DNA of 45,882 nucleotides from Candidatus Micrarchaeota archaeon (GTDB taxonomy: Archaea; Micrarchaeota; Micrarchaeia; Anstonellales; J096). Shown piece by piece: positions 23,682 to 33,918 of this stretch. The stretch's first letter is position 1, and each line of letters starts with the position of its first letter. The position numbers and the translations under genes are program-made. Location: positions 1 to 45,882 of the forward strand of contig JAADEL010000030.1 in NCBI GenBank assembly GCA_013153395.1, written 5' to 3'. The notes beneath the pieces are model-generated. The model was given only the letters and a program-made list of their open reading frames with translations. It was not told the origin of the DNA and searched no databases.

Positions 23682-24955
23682 ACCTCTTCCTTTGAGAGCA
23701 ATTCTTTATAAAACACGAAGGGCCACACGATTACCCAGCCCACCGAGAATATGAACAAAAAGCCCAACACATCCACAATCTCCTTAAGAGAGATCTTAAC
23801 ATTGTGGGCCTTTTCTCGCATTAGGTTCACATAATAAACAAACCATGGCAGCATGGCCATCCAGAAGAATATCCCAATAAAGGTAATCGGTCCAAACCCG
23901 AATACCACCGCATCTGTTCCAAGCCTAAAGAACCAAAAGTTATTCTCCACCAAGAACAAAATAAAGGAAATGGACAAAGGCAGGATCTGAAAGAAGAAGA
24001 TGAAATCTAGCCAATAGGAAAACACCATAAAGTCTCCCCACTTCCAGTTCAAGAGGTCAAGGTGCTTCACCCTATTCCAGATACCCCCACGCACCCATCT
24101 TGTTCTTTGTTTTATGAGCTGAGAAAGTGTGGGTGGTACCTGAGTATAGGAGAAGGCATCCAAAGAGGACCTAATCTTCCAGCCATGCTTTTGGAGGTTC
24201 ATGGCAATCTCCTGGTCCTCTGTAAGGCTTCTCGTATCAAACAATCCCACCTCCATCAAAGCCTTCTTCCTAAAGGCGCTCAATCCTCCAGGGGTAACAT
24301 ACACGCTCTCAAAGGCCTCAAGCACCCGTCTATAAACCAAGATAATGTCATATTCAATGGCCTGCCACTTCTCTAGCATGTTCTTAGGGTCTTTTACGCG
24401 GACAGCTCCTGAAACACCTCCCACCTTAGGGTCCTTGAAGTAGGAGGCCAGCCTCTTTATAGCCTTAGAATCAATTATAGTATCAGAGTCCAAGGTTACA
24501 ATAATATCGCCTTTGGCATGGAGTATTCCATAGTTCTTGGCAGAGGCTGCTCCTCCATTGGGCTTGCGCAATACCCGAATAGGATATTGGGAGGCAATCT
24601 CATAAGTATTGTCCTTGGAACCATCATCCACCACGATTACTTCCAGCTTATCCTTGGGATAATCAGAATTCAGAATACTTTCTATGGTGGCGCGGATGTT
24701 TTCCCCCTCATTGTAGGCAGGCACAACAACCGAGACAGTGGGAAAGTAATCCTCCTTAGAATCGCGTTCCACTCGTTCAGGATCCTGGATATACTTGAGC
24801 ACGAAGATCATGGCCACAACTGAGATGGAGAAAAAGGCCAAGAAAGTAAGGATATAGGCAATCAGGGCCCCATACCCACTTAACACTGCTGCTGCTATAA
24901 AAAGCAGCACCAATGCAAGGAAGATCTTAGCGAGCGTTTTGCCTTTGAGCCGCAT
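23666..24955 (-). CDS. Processive family-2 glycosyltransferase (polysaccharide synthase: NodC/PgaC/chitin- or hyaluronan-synthase-like)
   Basis: Two N-terminal TMs, VVDDGSKD, DSD, TED and the Q-R-T-R-W motif, then a C-terminal TM bundle. Confidence 0.85.
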   Translation of the reverse strand: MRLKGKTLAKIFLALVLLFIAAAVLSGYGALIAYILTFLAFFSISVVAMIFVLKYIQDPERVERDSKEDYFPTVSVVVPAYNEGENIRATIESILNSDYPKDKLEVIVVDDGSKDNTYEIASQYPIRVLRKPNGGAASAKNYGILHAKGDIIVTLDSDTIIDSKAIKRLASYFKDPKVGGVSGAVRVKDPKNMLEKWQAIEYDIILVYRRVLEAFESVYVTPGGLSAFRKKALMEVGLFDTRSLTEDQEIAMNLQKHGWKIRSSLDAFSYTQVPPTLSQLIKQRTRWVRGGIWNRVKHLDLLNWKWGDFMVFSYWLDFIFFFQILPLSISFILFLVENNFWFFRLGTDAVVFGFGPITFIGIFFWMAMLPWFVYYVNLMREKAHNVKISLKEIVDVLGFLFIFSVGWVIVWPFVFYKELLSKEEVWETR

Positions 24956-25550
24956 CTTTCAATACCTTTAGCTTGATGAAGTTCTCCCTTTCCATTTCAT
25001 CTAGCTTTTGGAGGATTTTCTTGATATCTTCTTCTATTCTCGGGATAATCACATAATCCAGCGCGTTTACTCTTCGTCTTGTTTTCTTAAGGTCCTTGAG
25101 AAGTACCTTCAAGGAAACCTGGATCTCGGCCAGCTCTATCAGGGAGTATAGCAAGCTCCTGTAAATCTTTATTACCTTGTCCAGCTTCATGCTTCGAAGA
25201 AAAGGATAATAAGGAGGTCTTTCCTTGAAGGTGAACTTAAACTTAGGGATCTTCACACCCATGATGTTGCGTTCCTCTGCTTCTAGCTCATACTCTATGG
25301 CGTTGTACTTGGCATAGAGAAGAAGCTCTGCCTCCGTATACTGGAGGGAGGCAAGCTTCAGGGCCTTTTCAGCCTCTTCTATTCCCTTAAGGACTTCTTC
25401 TTGCCTTCCTTTAAGCTTCTTCAGGATCTCAAACAAGGTCATCACTAGTACATCCATCTTCTTTTTGAGCACTTTGTGCCCTTTTTTAGCTAGTTTGAGC
25501 TTGTTCTTTAGGCGCAACGCCTCCATGCGGGTAAATTGTATCTCGCTCAT
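24927..25550 (-). CDS. atpD: A-type ATP synthase subunit D
   Basis: The N-terminal [24 protein letters not shown] block is typical of AtpD. It follows atpB. Confidence 0.9.
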   Translation of the reverse strand: MSEIQFTRMEALRLKNKLKLAKKGHKVLKKKMDVLVMTLFEILKKLKGRQEEVLKGIEEAEKALKLASLQYTEAELLLYAKYNAIEYELEAEERNIMGVKIPKFKFTFKERPPYYPFLRSMKLDKVIKIYRSLLYSLIELAEIQVSLKVLLKDLKKTRRRVNALDYVIIPRIEEDIKKILQKLDEMERENFIKLKVLKDAAQRQNAR

Positions 25551-26914
25551 TTTTTCTTCTTCTTGAGATATTTTTCGATTTCTTCCTTTTTAACCTTTTT
25601 GAGTTCTCGCTCAGGCAAGATAGCCAATAGCTCCCATCCTAGGTCAAGGGACTCCTCAATTGTTCTTCTTTCATAGAAGCCCTGGGCAATAAACCTCTTC
25701 TCAAACTCATCCGCAAACTTCAAGTAAAGGCGGTCTACCTCAGTCAAGGACTCTTCACCCACTACAGCCGCCAATGCCCTCAAATCTCGTCCTGTAGCAT
25801 AGGCTGCATAGAGCTGGTTGCTCACTGATTTGTGATCTTCACGGGTCTTACCCTTTCCGATACCGTTGTTCATGAGACGGCTAAGGCTAGGGAGGGGATC
25901 AATAGGAGGATAGATGTTCTTGCGGTGGAGATCCCTGCTCAACACTATCTGACCCTCGGTAATATATCCCGTAAGGTCAGGGATAGGGTGGGTTCTATCA
26001 TCGCTAGGCATGGTGAGAATAGGGATTTGGGTTACTGTTCCCTTCTTTCCCTTCACACGACCTGCCCTTTCATAGATGGTGGCAAGGTCGGTGTACATGT
26101 AACCAGGATAACCTCGCCTACCAGGGATTTCCTTTCGGGCTCCTGAAATCTCTCGGAGTGCCTCTGCATAGTTGGTCATATCTGTTATGATAACAAGCAC
26201 ATGCATGTCCTTTTCAAAGGCTAGATATTCGGCAGTGGTAAGGGCAAGTCTAGGGGTTAGCAATCTCTCAATGGATGGGTCATCTGCAAGGTTTAAGAAG
26301 AGAACGCTGCGGCCTAGGGCACCCGTCTTCTCAAATTCCTTGATAAAGAATAAGGCCTCGTCGTGAGTAATACCCACAGCCGCAAACACTACGGCAAAGT
26401 CCTCTCCTCTTACATTAGCCTGTCGGGCAATCTGGACAGCAAGCTCGTTGTGGGGCAATCCTGAACCTGAGAAAATAGGTAACTTTTGTCCTCGCACTAA
26501 GGTATTCATCACATCAATGGTTGAGATACCAGTTTCTATAAAGTCATTAGGAGGAACTCGAGAATAAGGATTGATAGGCTCTCCGTTTACGTTGAGGCGC
26601 ACTTCTGGCTTTATAGGAATCCCGTCCAAAGGCCTTCCAAATCCATCAAACTTCTTTCCCAGCACCTCCTCACTCACACCAAAGAGCATAGGTTCTCCTG
26701 TAAAGGCTACTGAGGTCTCCTTCCTGTCCATGCCCATCGTGCTTCCGAACACCTGAATAACAGCTATCTTCTCTTGAACCTCTAGCACCTGTCCTTTTAC
26801 TATCTCTCCACTAGGGAGCTTTATATTCACAATCTCTCCGTATTTTACAGGGTGATCAACCTCTACAAACAGCAAAGGTCCTGCAATCTCCTTTATGGTT
26901 TTATATTCCTTCAT
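25547..26914 (-). CDS. atpB: A-type ATP synthase subunit B
   Basis: B-subunit sequence (IAGPLLFVE..., [15 protein letters not shown]). Confidence 0.95.
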   Translation of the reverse strand: MKEYKTIKEIAGPLLFVEVDHPVKYGEIVNIKLPSGEIVKGQVLEVQEKIAVIQVFGSTMGMDRKETSVAFTGEPMLFGVSEEVLGKKFDGFGRPLDGIPIKPEVRLNVNGEPINPYSRVPPNDFIETGISTIDVMNTLVRGQKLPIFSGSGLPHNELAVQIARQANVRGEDFAVVFAAVGITHDEALFFIKEFEKTGALGRSVLFLNLADDPSIERLLTPRLALTTAEYLAFEKDMHVLVIITDMTNYAEALREISGARKEIPGRRGYPGYMYTDLATIYERAGRVKGKKGTVTQIPILTMPSDDRTHPIPDLTGYITEGQIVLSRDLHRKNIYPPIDPLPSLSRLMNNGIGKGKTREDHKSVSNQLYAAYATGRDLRALAAVVGEESLTEVDRLYLKFADEFEKRFIAQGFYERRTIEESLDLGWELLAILPERELKKVKKEEIEKYLKKKKK

Positions 26915-28614
26915 GCTATCACCTTTATCTTCTCAATCAACTTCTCAATCTCTTCCTCAGACATATACTTCATTCGGGCAATCTCCTCTACCACCGGTAG
27001 CTCATAGAGCTCCTTGGCGGTCTTCTCCTCCAGGAGTTCTAGACCGCGGTGGTAGAAGGTAAGGATGGCTTTAAGCATGAGGGCCTGCTTCCTCAATGGA
27101 GTATAGGCATCTATCTCGTCAAAGGCGTTCTGCTGGAGGAAGTCCTCCCTTATCATCCTGGTCACAATAAGGATGAATTGCTCTCTTTCAGGTAGGGCAT
27201 CTGTTCCCACCAACTGCACAATCTCCAAGAGCTCCGCTTCTTTCTGGAGGAGCTCCATGGCAAGCTTGGCATTCTTGGAAAATTCTGGGTCTACCTCCTT
27301 ATCATAATACTGGTAAATCACCTCTTGGTAGAGGGAATAGCTCTTGAGCCAGTTGATAGCTGGGAAGTGTCTCCTTTGGGCCAAGGAGGCATCCAAAGCA
27401 AGGAAGGCCTTTACCACTCTCAAGGTGTTCTGGGATACAGGCTCGGAGAGGTCTCCACCAGGAGGGGACACTGCTCCAATAATGGTAACGCTACCTTCTC
27501 TATCGTTTAAGGTCTTTACACGACCTGCTCTCTCGTAGAACTCGGCAATCTTCTTTGCCAAGTAGGCAGGATATCCCTCTTCTCCAGGCATCTCCTCCAA
27601 TCTACCTGAAATCTCTCTCAATGCCTCTGCCCATCTCGAGGTTGAATCTGCCATCAAAGCTACGTTATATCCCATGTCCCTGAAGTACTCGGCAATGGTA
27701 ACTCCCACATAGATGCTTGCCTCACGTGCGGCCACAGGCATGTTAGAGGTGTTGGCAATCAACACCGTCCTATCCATCAAAGGTCCCCCTGTCTTAGGAT
27801 CCTTGAGGTGAGGGAACTCGGTAAGGACCTCGGTCATCTCGTTTCCTCGCTCTCCACATCCGATATATACCACGATGTCAGCATCCGAGTACTTTGCCAA
27901 GGACTGCTGGGTCACGGTCTTTCCAGAACCAAAAGGGCCAGGGATTGCTACGGTTCCTCCCTTTGCTATAGGGAAGAAGCTATCAATAATCCTCATTCCG
28001 GTTACAAGCGGAAGGTCAGAGAAATACTTTTCCTTAAAAGGCCTTGGCTTTCTCACAGGCCAGTATTGAGCGAGCTTGAGCTCCTTCTTCTTTCCATCCA
28101 CCTTTACCTCTCCAATCACATCATCCACGGTGTATTCTCCTGATTTTAGGTCGGTAAGCTCTCCCTCATAAGGAGAAAGGACATAATGCTTGATGTGAGG
28201 GGTCTCCTGCACATATCCTAGGATATCTCCTACATGCACATGCTTTTTCTTTATGGTTTTCTTGAACTCCCATTTCTTCTCCCTGTCCAAGGAAGGTACC
28301 TCTATACCTCGTTTGATAAATATGCTACCGGAGATCTCCTCTATCTTGGAAAGAGGTCTCTCCAGACCATCATAGATTCCCTTGAGGATACCTGGTCCTA
28401 GTTCAACCGAAAGAGGTTTTCCGGTGGCCTCCACAGGCTCTCCTACCTGAAGGCCCGTAGTATCCTCATAAACCTGAATCACTGCATCATTCCCTACTAT
28501 CTTGATAACCTCTCCAAACAGCCTTTCCTCTCCTACCTTTACTATCTCGTACATTGAAGCTTTTAGGTTTGCAACAACCACAGGTCCTGAAATCTTCTTT
28601 ATCTTTCCTTTCAT
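26911..28614 (-). CDS. atpA: A-type ATP synthase catalytic subunit A
   Basis: Walker [10 protein letters not shown], plus [10 protein letters not shown]. No intein. Confidence 0.95.
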   Translation of the reverse strand: MKGKIKKISGPVVVANLKASMYEIVKVGEERLFGEVIKIVGNDAVIQVYEDTTGLQVGEPVEATGKPLSVELGPGILKGIYDGLERPLSKIEEISGSIFIKRGIEVPSLDREKKWEFKKTIKKKHVHVGDILGYVQETPHIKHYVLSPYEGELTDLKSGEYTVDDVIGEVKVDGKKKELKLAQYWPVRKPRPFKEKYFSDLPLVTGMRIIDSFFPIAKGGTVAIPGPFGSGKTVTQQSLAKYSDADIVVYIGCGERGNEMTEVLTEFPHLKDPKTGGPLMDRTVLIANTSNMPVAAREASIYVGVTIAEYFRDMGYNVALMADSTSRWAEALREISGRLEEMPGEEGYPAYLAKKIAEFYERAGRVKTLNDREGSVTIIGAVSPPGGDLSEPVSQNTLRVVKAFLALDASLAQRRHFPAINWLKSYSLYQEVIYQYYDKEVDPEFSKNAKLAMELLQKEAELLEIVQLVGTDALPEREQFILIVTRMIREDFLQQNAFDEIDAYTPLRKQALMLKAILTFYHRGLELLEEKTAKELYELPVVEEIARMKYMSEEEIEKLIEKIKVIA

Positions 28615-28895
28615 TTCATCACCTCAATTCCCAAAGCCTCTTTTATCTCTTCTTTGAGTTGAGAAACATCACCTAAGTAGAGGAGTACTGGGAAGGTCTT
28701 TCCCAAGTACTTTTTCAATATCTTACGGTCCACCTTAAACTTATTATCACAAATAATCAATCCATAATCGCTCTGATAGAGTTCATCTATCTTTTTGTTG
28801 AATTCCTCTTCGGTTTCCACAAAATAAACATCAGGGATGCCCGCTACATAAAATCCCAACGCAAACTCCTTTCGGCCCACCACTCCAATCCTCAT
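28611..28895 (-). CDS. atpF: A-type ATP synthase subunit F
   Basis: Size, GF..AG motif and operon position. Confidence 0.85.
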   Translation of the reverse strand: MRIGVVGRKEFALGFYVAGIPDVYFVETEEEFNKKIDELYQSDYGLIICDNKFKVDRKILKKYLGKTFPVLLYLGDVSQLKEEIKEALGIEVMK

Positions 28896-29704
28896 ACTCT
28901 CACCTTCTTCAAAATCTGGAGCTTCTCATGCTCCAACATCTTGAGCACCACATAGGCCTTCTCCACCAGATACCAAGAGGCAGGATATTTTTTTCTATAA
29001 AGTGAAAGAATATATTCCTCCAGCAGGTATTCAATCTCCTCCAGAGGTTTGTCCTTCCATTCTTCAGGAGGAGGAAGGGGCTTTACGGGAATAATAGGCT
29101 TTCCAAGATAGCGTTCTAGGATGTAAGCACGATAGGCCAGCTCTTTCTTTAACACGCTGGAGATTACTTTAGTGCGTTTTATGAGCTCCCTCTTGATCTC
29201 CAGCACAAGATAATCCAAGGCCACAGGAACCCTGTCTTCGGGCTTCATGTCCTTGGCAAACTCCAAATCCAAGTTGATTTCCCTTCCCATCTTCATGGAC
29301 CTGAGAAAGCTCAATAGAGAACGAGTTTTATAGGCTTTCATAAGCTTCTGCTTGTTATCGAGTAGGGAGTAAAGACGGGGATTCTCAACCCCACGATACT
29401 TTTGATCATAGTTAAGGAGAACATAACGGGCCTCATACTCATAAATAAACAAACGATAAAGGTCTTGATAGGATTCGGGGACAGCCTTTCCTATCTTATG
29501 GATTACCTCGATGAAACGCTTTTCTAGGGCCTTTTCTATGGAGCTCTGGATGCTCTCCCTGTAATCCAGGTATTTTCCATAATGGGTTTTCTTGAGAAGG
29601 TCGAATATGCTGGCCACACTGGTGGCCTTTTCGATCTCGTCCATCAGATGCTCAGGGATGAAGCTTCCTCTGATTCCACTAAGATAGGCGTTTAGATAGT
29701 CCAT
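28892..29704 (-). CDS. atpC: A-type ATP synthase subunit C (short, 270 aa)
   Basis: N-terminal YLNAY..G motif and operon position. Confidence 0.8.
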   Translation of the reverse strand: MDYLNAYLSGIRGSFIPEHLMDEIEKATSVASIFDLLKKTHYGKYLDYRESIQSSIEKALEKRFIEVIHKIGKAVPESYQDLYRLFIYEYEARYVLLNYDQKYRGVENPRLYSLLDNKQKLMKAYKTRSLLSFLRSMKMGREINLDLEFAKDMKPEDRVPVALDYLVLEIKRELIKRTKVISSVLKKELAYRAYILERYLGKPIIPVKPLPPPEEWKDKPLEEIEYLLEEYILSLYRKKYPASWYLVEKAYVVLKMLEHEKLQILKKVRV

Positions 29705-29706
29705 TT

Positions 29707-30156
29707 TTACATCTCAGCGTAGATATATTCGGGATGCTCGTCTATGATCTCATCCGCCAAGGCGCTTATGTAGTACTTCTTTCCCTTGGGCCTGTACTTT
29801 ATTCCAAAGCCTGTTTTTGGGATGATAGCTTCTTCAGCCTGCTTTGCTATCTTCTCCACGTCCTTCTTGGCCTTCTTCCTAAACAACGCTAGGATCTCCT
29901 CTTTAACCTTCTGGGCCATGGCTTTCTTCTTCTCGGCCAGCTCTTTCTCGCACTGATGCTTTTTCTCGGTTAGCTTCTCCTGGAGCCACTCTTGGAGCTC
30001 CTGCTCATAGCGCTTGAGCTCTTCCTTGGCCTTTTTCTTGAGCTCTTCCTCGTATTTCTGGGCCTCCCAAGAATATTGAGAGAGAAGGGAGGCATACTCT
30101 GCCTCTAGCTTCTCCCTCTCCTCCTTGAGAATAGTGGATGTAAATCTTTCAATCAT
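29707..30156 (-). CDS. atpE: A-type ATP synthase subunit E (short, 149 aa)
   Basis: Charged coiled coil plus a small C-terminal domain, at the expected operon position. Confidence 0.75.
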   Translation of the reverse strand: MIERFTSTILKEEREKLEAEYASLLSQYSWEAQKYEEELKKKAKEELKRYEQELQEWLQEKLTEKKHQCEKELAEKKKAMAQKVKEEILALFRKKAKKDVEKIAKQAEEAIIPKTGFGIKYRPKGKKYYISALADEIIDEHPEYIYAEM

Positions 30157-30395
30157 AGCTTCTCAATCAACAAGTAGGCAATTGCAAACGCAAACAACAC
30201 TATGGTTTCAGGGATTACTAGGTACAACAGCATGGATCCCTGCATCTCAGGTCTCTCTGCAGAGGCTGCGGCCATTGCGCTACCTATCTTACCCTGGGCA
30301 TATCCAGCGCCTAGAGCTCCTAGTCCGATTGCTAGTCCTGCACCCAATCCGATCAATCCAACTTCAGCAAGCTTAGCCATTGCTTCTTCTGCCAT
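30153..30395 (-). CDS. atpK: A-type ATP synthase proteolipid subunit K (single hairpin, 80 aa)
   Basis: Gly/Ala-rich helix 1 and helix 2 with the ion-binding Glu (VIPETIV). Confidence 0.9.
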   Translation of the reverse strand: MAEEAMAKLAEVGLIGLGAGLAIGLGALGAGYAQGKIGSAMAAASAERPEMQGSMLLYLVIPETIVLFAFAIAYLLIEKL

Positions 30396-32157
30396 CTTTA
30401 ATCACCTCTTTCTTTAGCATGAAAGGTTTAAAAAGCCGACCTCCACCCGTATAGAACTTAGACCTAAACTCTACTAGGTTTAATCGGCCTGCTTGAATGG
30501 ATCCCTCCAACAAAATCAACAAAGCGTGGGCAAAGTGCAATATCAACACAAATATCAATCCCACAATAATGCTCGGTAGGCCGCCCAACAACCCGTTGAT
30601 GAGCTCGGCCAGTATCACACTCACAATACCCACAATCGGTAATCGAAGGTAGGAAAGGAGATTGGATACAATGGATGGGAGCTCGATTATGCCCATCAAT
30701 CCCTCTCCATACACAATGAATATCAACCCTATCAAGGCAAGCAAGACCTGGATAGAGATACCTCCTATAGAAAGGTCGGCATTCAAGGCCACCAACCCAA
30801 TATCAATCAACAGCAACAGCCATCCTAGCTTGGCCAAGGTGTGCTTGAGGTCTGCTTTAAGCACCCAGTACTTGTAAAGCCCGAGAAGATAGGCTAACAA
30901 AAGATGTACATATCCCAGTACCAATCCCACTAACATATAGGTTCCCACATCATGGGCCCTGTGAAGAATAGGATGGTATTCAATATGGATGCCTAAAGGC
31001 TCGAGGAAAGCCTGAATAGGGAATCCCATAAACTCATTGAAGGCAATACCGAAAATGATGGAGGCGATAGCTCCTAGCTTCCAGAGCTTAGCATAGTCCC
31101 GAAGCTTCTCATGCTTCTCTGCCCAATAGGCCAACGCCAATATTATCAATCCGTATAGGGCATCTCCTACGATAAATCCAAACATGATAGGCACAAAGAT
31201 ATAATAAAAGAAACTAGGGTCAATATCCACATAGGAAGGTACTCCAAACTGGAGATTAAGGCGGTGGAAGCTCTCTACCATCTTCGGAATCTCCAGGTAG
31301 GTAGGAGGCTGCTTCTTAGCCTCCTCATACTCGATATAAACCTTGTCTCCAAAATGCTTTTGGATAGCGTTCAAAGCAGGCTTGAGGAACTTCTCAGGAA
31401 TATAAGCCTCCAGAAGATAGAAGTGCTTTCCGCGGGCAAAGAGGGCTTTGGCATTCTCCCTCTCTAAATAAACCGACACTGAGGCTTTAGCATCCTTGAG
31501 TAAAGGATCCTTTTGATAGCGGGAGATTTCCTCCTCTAGCTTCTTGAGCTCCTCAGAGATCTTCTTGAGCTCTTGCTGGTATTGGTGGAGCTCTTTCTCG
31601 CTCTTGGGAACATAGAGCTTCTCTCCTTCAGGGAAGGAGACCTCCTGGTCTGCTGGTGTGATTCCTATTACCAGCACATTCTTTCCGAGGTCGTAATATT
31701 CTGCCTCGGTAAAACGTTTGAGCATCTCAGGCTTGAACTTCTTCTTAGGTACTAAGAAAGCATGAAGCTTAAACCTCTCAGGCAGCTCCTTATAAGGCAC
31801 ATAGGTAAGTATAAGGTTGCCATCTTCTATCTTTTCCAGGAGCTCCTGCTGCTTTGCCCTTAGCTGCTTTCTCTTCAGATAAAGCTCCTGAAGGTGTTGG
31901 GCCTTTTTCTGAATCTCGGGCAGCTTGAGGGCAAGCTCATCCAAAGAGAGAAGCTTTCCTCCATCCTCCACTGCCTGAAGGTCATACTCCAGCTTGCTAA
32001 AGATAGCATGTTCTTTGTCTAAGATGTTGGTAGGGAATTCTTTGATCTCGGGCTGCTTTAGCTCAAATACCCCTAGCTCATGGAGTTTCTTGAGTAGTTC
32101 ATCTTTAATATCAGGCAGAAAATAAAACCTCACCTGATATATCTTACTCGGTATCAT
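30373..32157 (-). CDS. atpI: A-type ATP synthase subunit I (stator a-subunit)
   Basis: N-terminal cytosolic domain plus a C-terminal TM domain ending LRL..VEF..KFY.GGG. Confidence 0.9.
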   Translation of the reverse strand: MIPSKIYQVRFYFLPDIKDELLKKLHELGVFELKQPEIKEFPTNILDKEHAIFSKLEYDLQAVEDGGKLLSLDELALKLPEIQKKAQHLQELYLKRKQLRAKQQELLEKIEDGNLILTYVPYKELPERFKLHAFLVPKKKFKPEMLKRFTEAEYYDLGKNVLVIGITPADQEVSFPEGEKLYVPKSEKELHQYQQELKKISEELKKLEEEISRYQKDPLLKDAKASVSVYLERENAKALFARGKHFYLLEAYIPEKFLKPALNAIQKHFGDKVYIEYEEAKKQPPTYLEIPKMVESFHRLNLQFGVPSYVDIDPSFFYYIFVPIMFGFIVGDALYGLIILALAYWAEKHEKLRDYAKLWKLGAIASIIFGIAFNEFMGFPIQAFLEPLGIHIEYHPILHRAHDVGTYMLVGLVLGYVHLLLAYLLGLYKYWVLKADLKHTLAKLGWLLLLIDIGLVALNADLSIGGISIQVLLALIGLIFIVYGEGLMGIIELPSIVSNLLSYLRLPIVGIVSVILAELINGLLGGLPSIIVGLIFVLILHFAHALLILLEGSIQAGRLNLVEFRSKFYTGGGRLFKPFMLKKEVIKDGRRSNG

Positions 32158-32461
32158 TTAACCTCTCCTTCCAGATTTTGTAGTAGATTTTAAAAAGCTT
32201 TTCAGCGTCAGGCTTCTTCAGCTTGGTCTTCTTGCAGTCCTCCTCTATCTTCTCCTCCTCTTTGGCCAGCTTCTGCTCGTACTTCTTCTTTAACTTGGCC
32301 TTCTCCTTCTCTAGCCACTTGGCCACTTCCCTCTCAATCTTCTGAAGCTCCTTCTCGTGATCCTCCTTGAGTTTTTTCTTCTTTTCCTCAAACTCCCTTC
32401 TCAACTCCTCTACTTCCTTCTCTACATCCAACAACCTGTCAAGGGTATCTTTAAGGGACAC
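32144..32461 (-). CDS. atpH: A-type ATP synthase subunit H (GTG start)
   Basis: Highly charged 105-aa coiled coil, first gene of the operon. Confidence 0.7.
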   Translation of the reverse strand: MSLKDTLDRLLDVEKEVEELRREFEEKKKKLKEDHEKELQKIEREVAKWLEKEKAKLKKKYEQKLAKEEEKIEEDCKKTKLKKPDAEKLFKIYYKIWKERLNDTE

Positions 32462-32483
32462 GCTATTATACTAAACCTAAGGG

Positions 32484-32493
32484 TTTTTAAATA
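32484..32493 (-). promoter_or_regulatory. TATA-like box (minus-strand sense TATTTAAAAA) about 27 nt upstream of the atpH start
   Basis: The spacing is consistent with a leaderless operon transcript. Confidence 0.45.
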
Positions 32494-32540
32494 GGAACTA
32501 TGGCTGTGGATAGTACCTTTCCACGTCTTATTACTTTATT

Positions 32541-32561
32541 AGAGAAAAAGCAATATTTGCT
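32541..32561 (-). terminator. Small hairpin (AGCAA-ATA-TTGCT) followed by TTTTTCTCT, about 40 nt downstream of tRNA-Gly
   Basis: Read directly from the sequence. Weak call. Confidence 0.3.
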
Positions 32562-32601
32562 CCCTTATACGGCGGGAGAAGGTAATCTAATAGAAGAACT
32601 A

Positions 32602-32672
32602 TGCGGCTGCCGGGATTCGAACCCGGGTCGCTGGCTTGGAAGGCCAGCATCCTACCACTAGACTACAGCCGC
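32602..32672 (-). tRNA. tRNA-Gly (anticodon TCC)
   Basis: GCGGCTG-TA-GTCT-AGTGGTA-GGAT-G-CTGGC-CTTCCAA-GCCAG-CGAC-CCGGG-TTCGAAT-CCCGG-CAGCCGC-A. Confidence 0.93.
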
Positions 32673-32694
32673 TACCCTAAATATTGGCTAAAGG

Positions 32695-32702
32695 TTTTAA
32701 AA
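32695..32702. promoter_or_regulatory. Central symmetric TATA-like box (TTTTAAAA) between the tRNA-Gly 5' end (32672) and the nuclease ATG (32723)
   Basis: It lies 26.5 and 24.5 nt from the two divergent starts. Confidence 0.45.
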
Positions 32703-32722
32703 ACATAACTGGTAGTCTAACT

Positions 32723-33211
32723 ATGCGAGAGTACATCCTTGCCTTTCTTCTTGGCCTTGTTATAGGTCTTATTATTGGGATAATGGGTCAATCCCAGGCC
32801 CCTTCTACTGATATCCTTTACATCTATGGACCTTTTAAAATAGTGGACGGAGACACAGTGCAGAAGGTCTATCGCGATAAATATATGGACACACCTGAAC
32901 TTCGTACCGCCAAGGAATCCCAACTCTCCCTTATCAATAACTCTAGTTGTTTGAAGTATTATGCCTCTCTTGCCAAAAACTACACCGCCCAGTACTTGAG
33001 TGTGGTAGAACCGCTTGGATCTCCGGATAGATATGATAGGGAGCTTGCCATCTTTTATTCTACCACAGGAGGCATTCTGGCACTGGAGATGGTGGAGAAA
33101 GGATTAAGCTTCTGTTATTATAGGTCTCCGGTGGATGAGATCTCCGCCCAATGCCTTACATTAGAGGAAAGAGCCCGGGAAAACAAGGTAGGGATGTGGA
33201 GCTGCAAATGA
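32723..33211 (+). CDS. Membrane-anchored staphylococcal-nuclease (SNase/thermonuclease)-like nuclease
   Basis: N-terminal TM, then VDGDTV, YMDTPE, DRYDRELA and the GMW ending, which align with the SNase catalytic blocks. The ATG at 32723 is preferred over the TTG at 32684 given in the ORF track. Confidence 0.8.
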   Translation: MREYILAFLLGLVIGLIIGIMGQSQAPSTDILYIYGPFKIVDGDTVQKVYRDKYMDTPELRTAKESQLSLINNSSCLKYYASLAKNYTAQYLSVVEPLGSPDRYDRELAIFYSTTGGILALEMVEKGLSFCYYRSPVDEISAQCLTLEERARENKVGMWSCK

Positions 33212-33220
33212 TTTAAAAAC
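33212..33220 (+). promoter_or_regulatory. TATA-like box (TTTAAAAAC) about 27 nt upstream of tRNA-Val(TAC)
   Basis: Spacing and AT-rich motif. Confidence 0.4.
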
Positions 33221-33242
33221 GTTAGTGTTAATAAAATAGAGA

Positions 33243-33314
33243 GGGCCCGTGGTCGAAGGGCTAAGATGCCGCCCTTACAAGGCGGAGGTCCAGGTTCGAG
33301 TCCTGGCGGGCCCA
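33243..33314 (+). tRNA. tRNA-Val (anticodon TAC)
   Basis: GGGCCCG-TG-GTC..GAT-G-CCGCC-CTTACAA-GGCGG-AGGT-CCAGG-TTCGAGT-CCTGG-CGGGCCC-A. Confidence 0.93.
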
Positions 33315-33315
33315 C

Positions 33316-33918
33316 TCATACCAAAAATCCTATTAGGGCTCCTACCAAAGAACCGATAATATTGGAGGTTTCTTTTGTCCCTATTCCTTGGGCCTCAAAG
33401 TGGCCTGCCACCGAATCCGCCAAGGACCCTAGAAAACCTGCCAAGGTGATAATAAGGGTTTTCTCCAACGGAAGCTCGAACAAAAATCCTCCTACCAAGG
33501 CAATAATGGCCGCTCCTACCAAAGATGCTAGCAACCCATACTTGCTCACGCCTCCATCTCGACCAGGATCCACCTTCTTTCTCTTCACCACATCCCATAC
33601 CTCCTTATCGAAAATGCCTAGCTCAGAGGCGAATTTATCCGCTGTCACAGCGGCCATAGCTCCTAAAAAAGGCCCGGGCATGTTGAGAATAGCAAATATA
33701 ACGGGCACCAACCCGTTGGATATAACATTCTTTATTCCTCGCTTGAACTCAAAGAAGCCATGGGTTTTCTTATAGGCAATTCCGATAGTGGTTACATAGG
33801 CGGCGGCCAGCAAAAACACCACCATAACCGCAATATACCTCCAATCCCCAGTAATCCCAATAATCAAAACAACGATAAAAAGAGCACCAAGAACACCTTT
33901 CCAGTCTAAGGTTAACAT
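33316..33918 (-). CDS. DUF92/TMEM19-family integral membrane protein
   Basis: Polytopic, with TADKFASELG and PGRDGGVS..G..AS..GA blocks characteristic of DUF92. Confidence 0.7.
   Translation of the reverse strand: MLTLDWKGVLGALFIVVLIIGITGDWRYIAVMVVFLLAAAYVTTIGIAYKKTHGFFEFKRGIKNVISNGLVPVIFAILNMPGPFLGAMAAVTADKFASELGIFDKEVWDVVKRKKVDPGRDGGVSKYGLLASLVGAAIIALVGGFLFELPLEKTLIITLAGFLGSLADSVAGHFEAQGIGTKETSNIIGSLVGALIGFLV

Noticed and set aside
32520-32690. A 58-codon plus-strand ORF starting at ATG 32520 in the atpH/tRNA-Gly spacer
   Set aside because: It runs straight through tRNA-Gly on the opposite strand and has no promoter-like box at the right distance.
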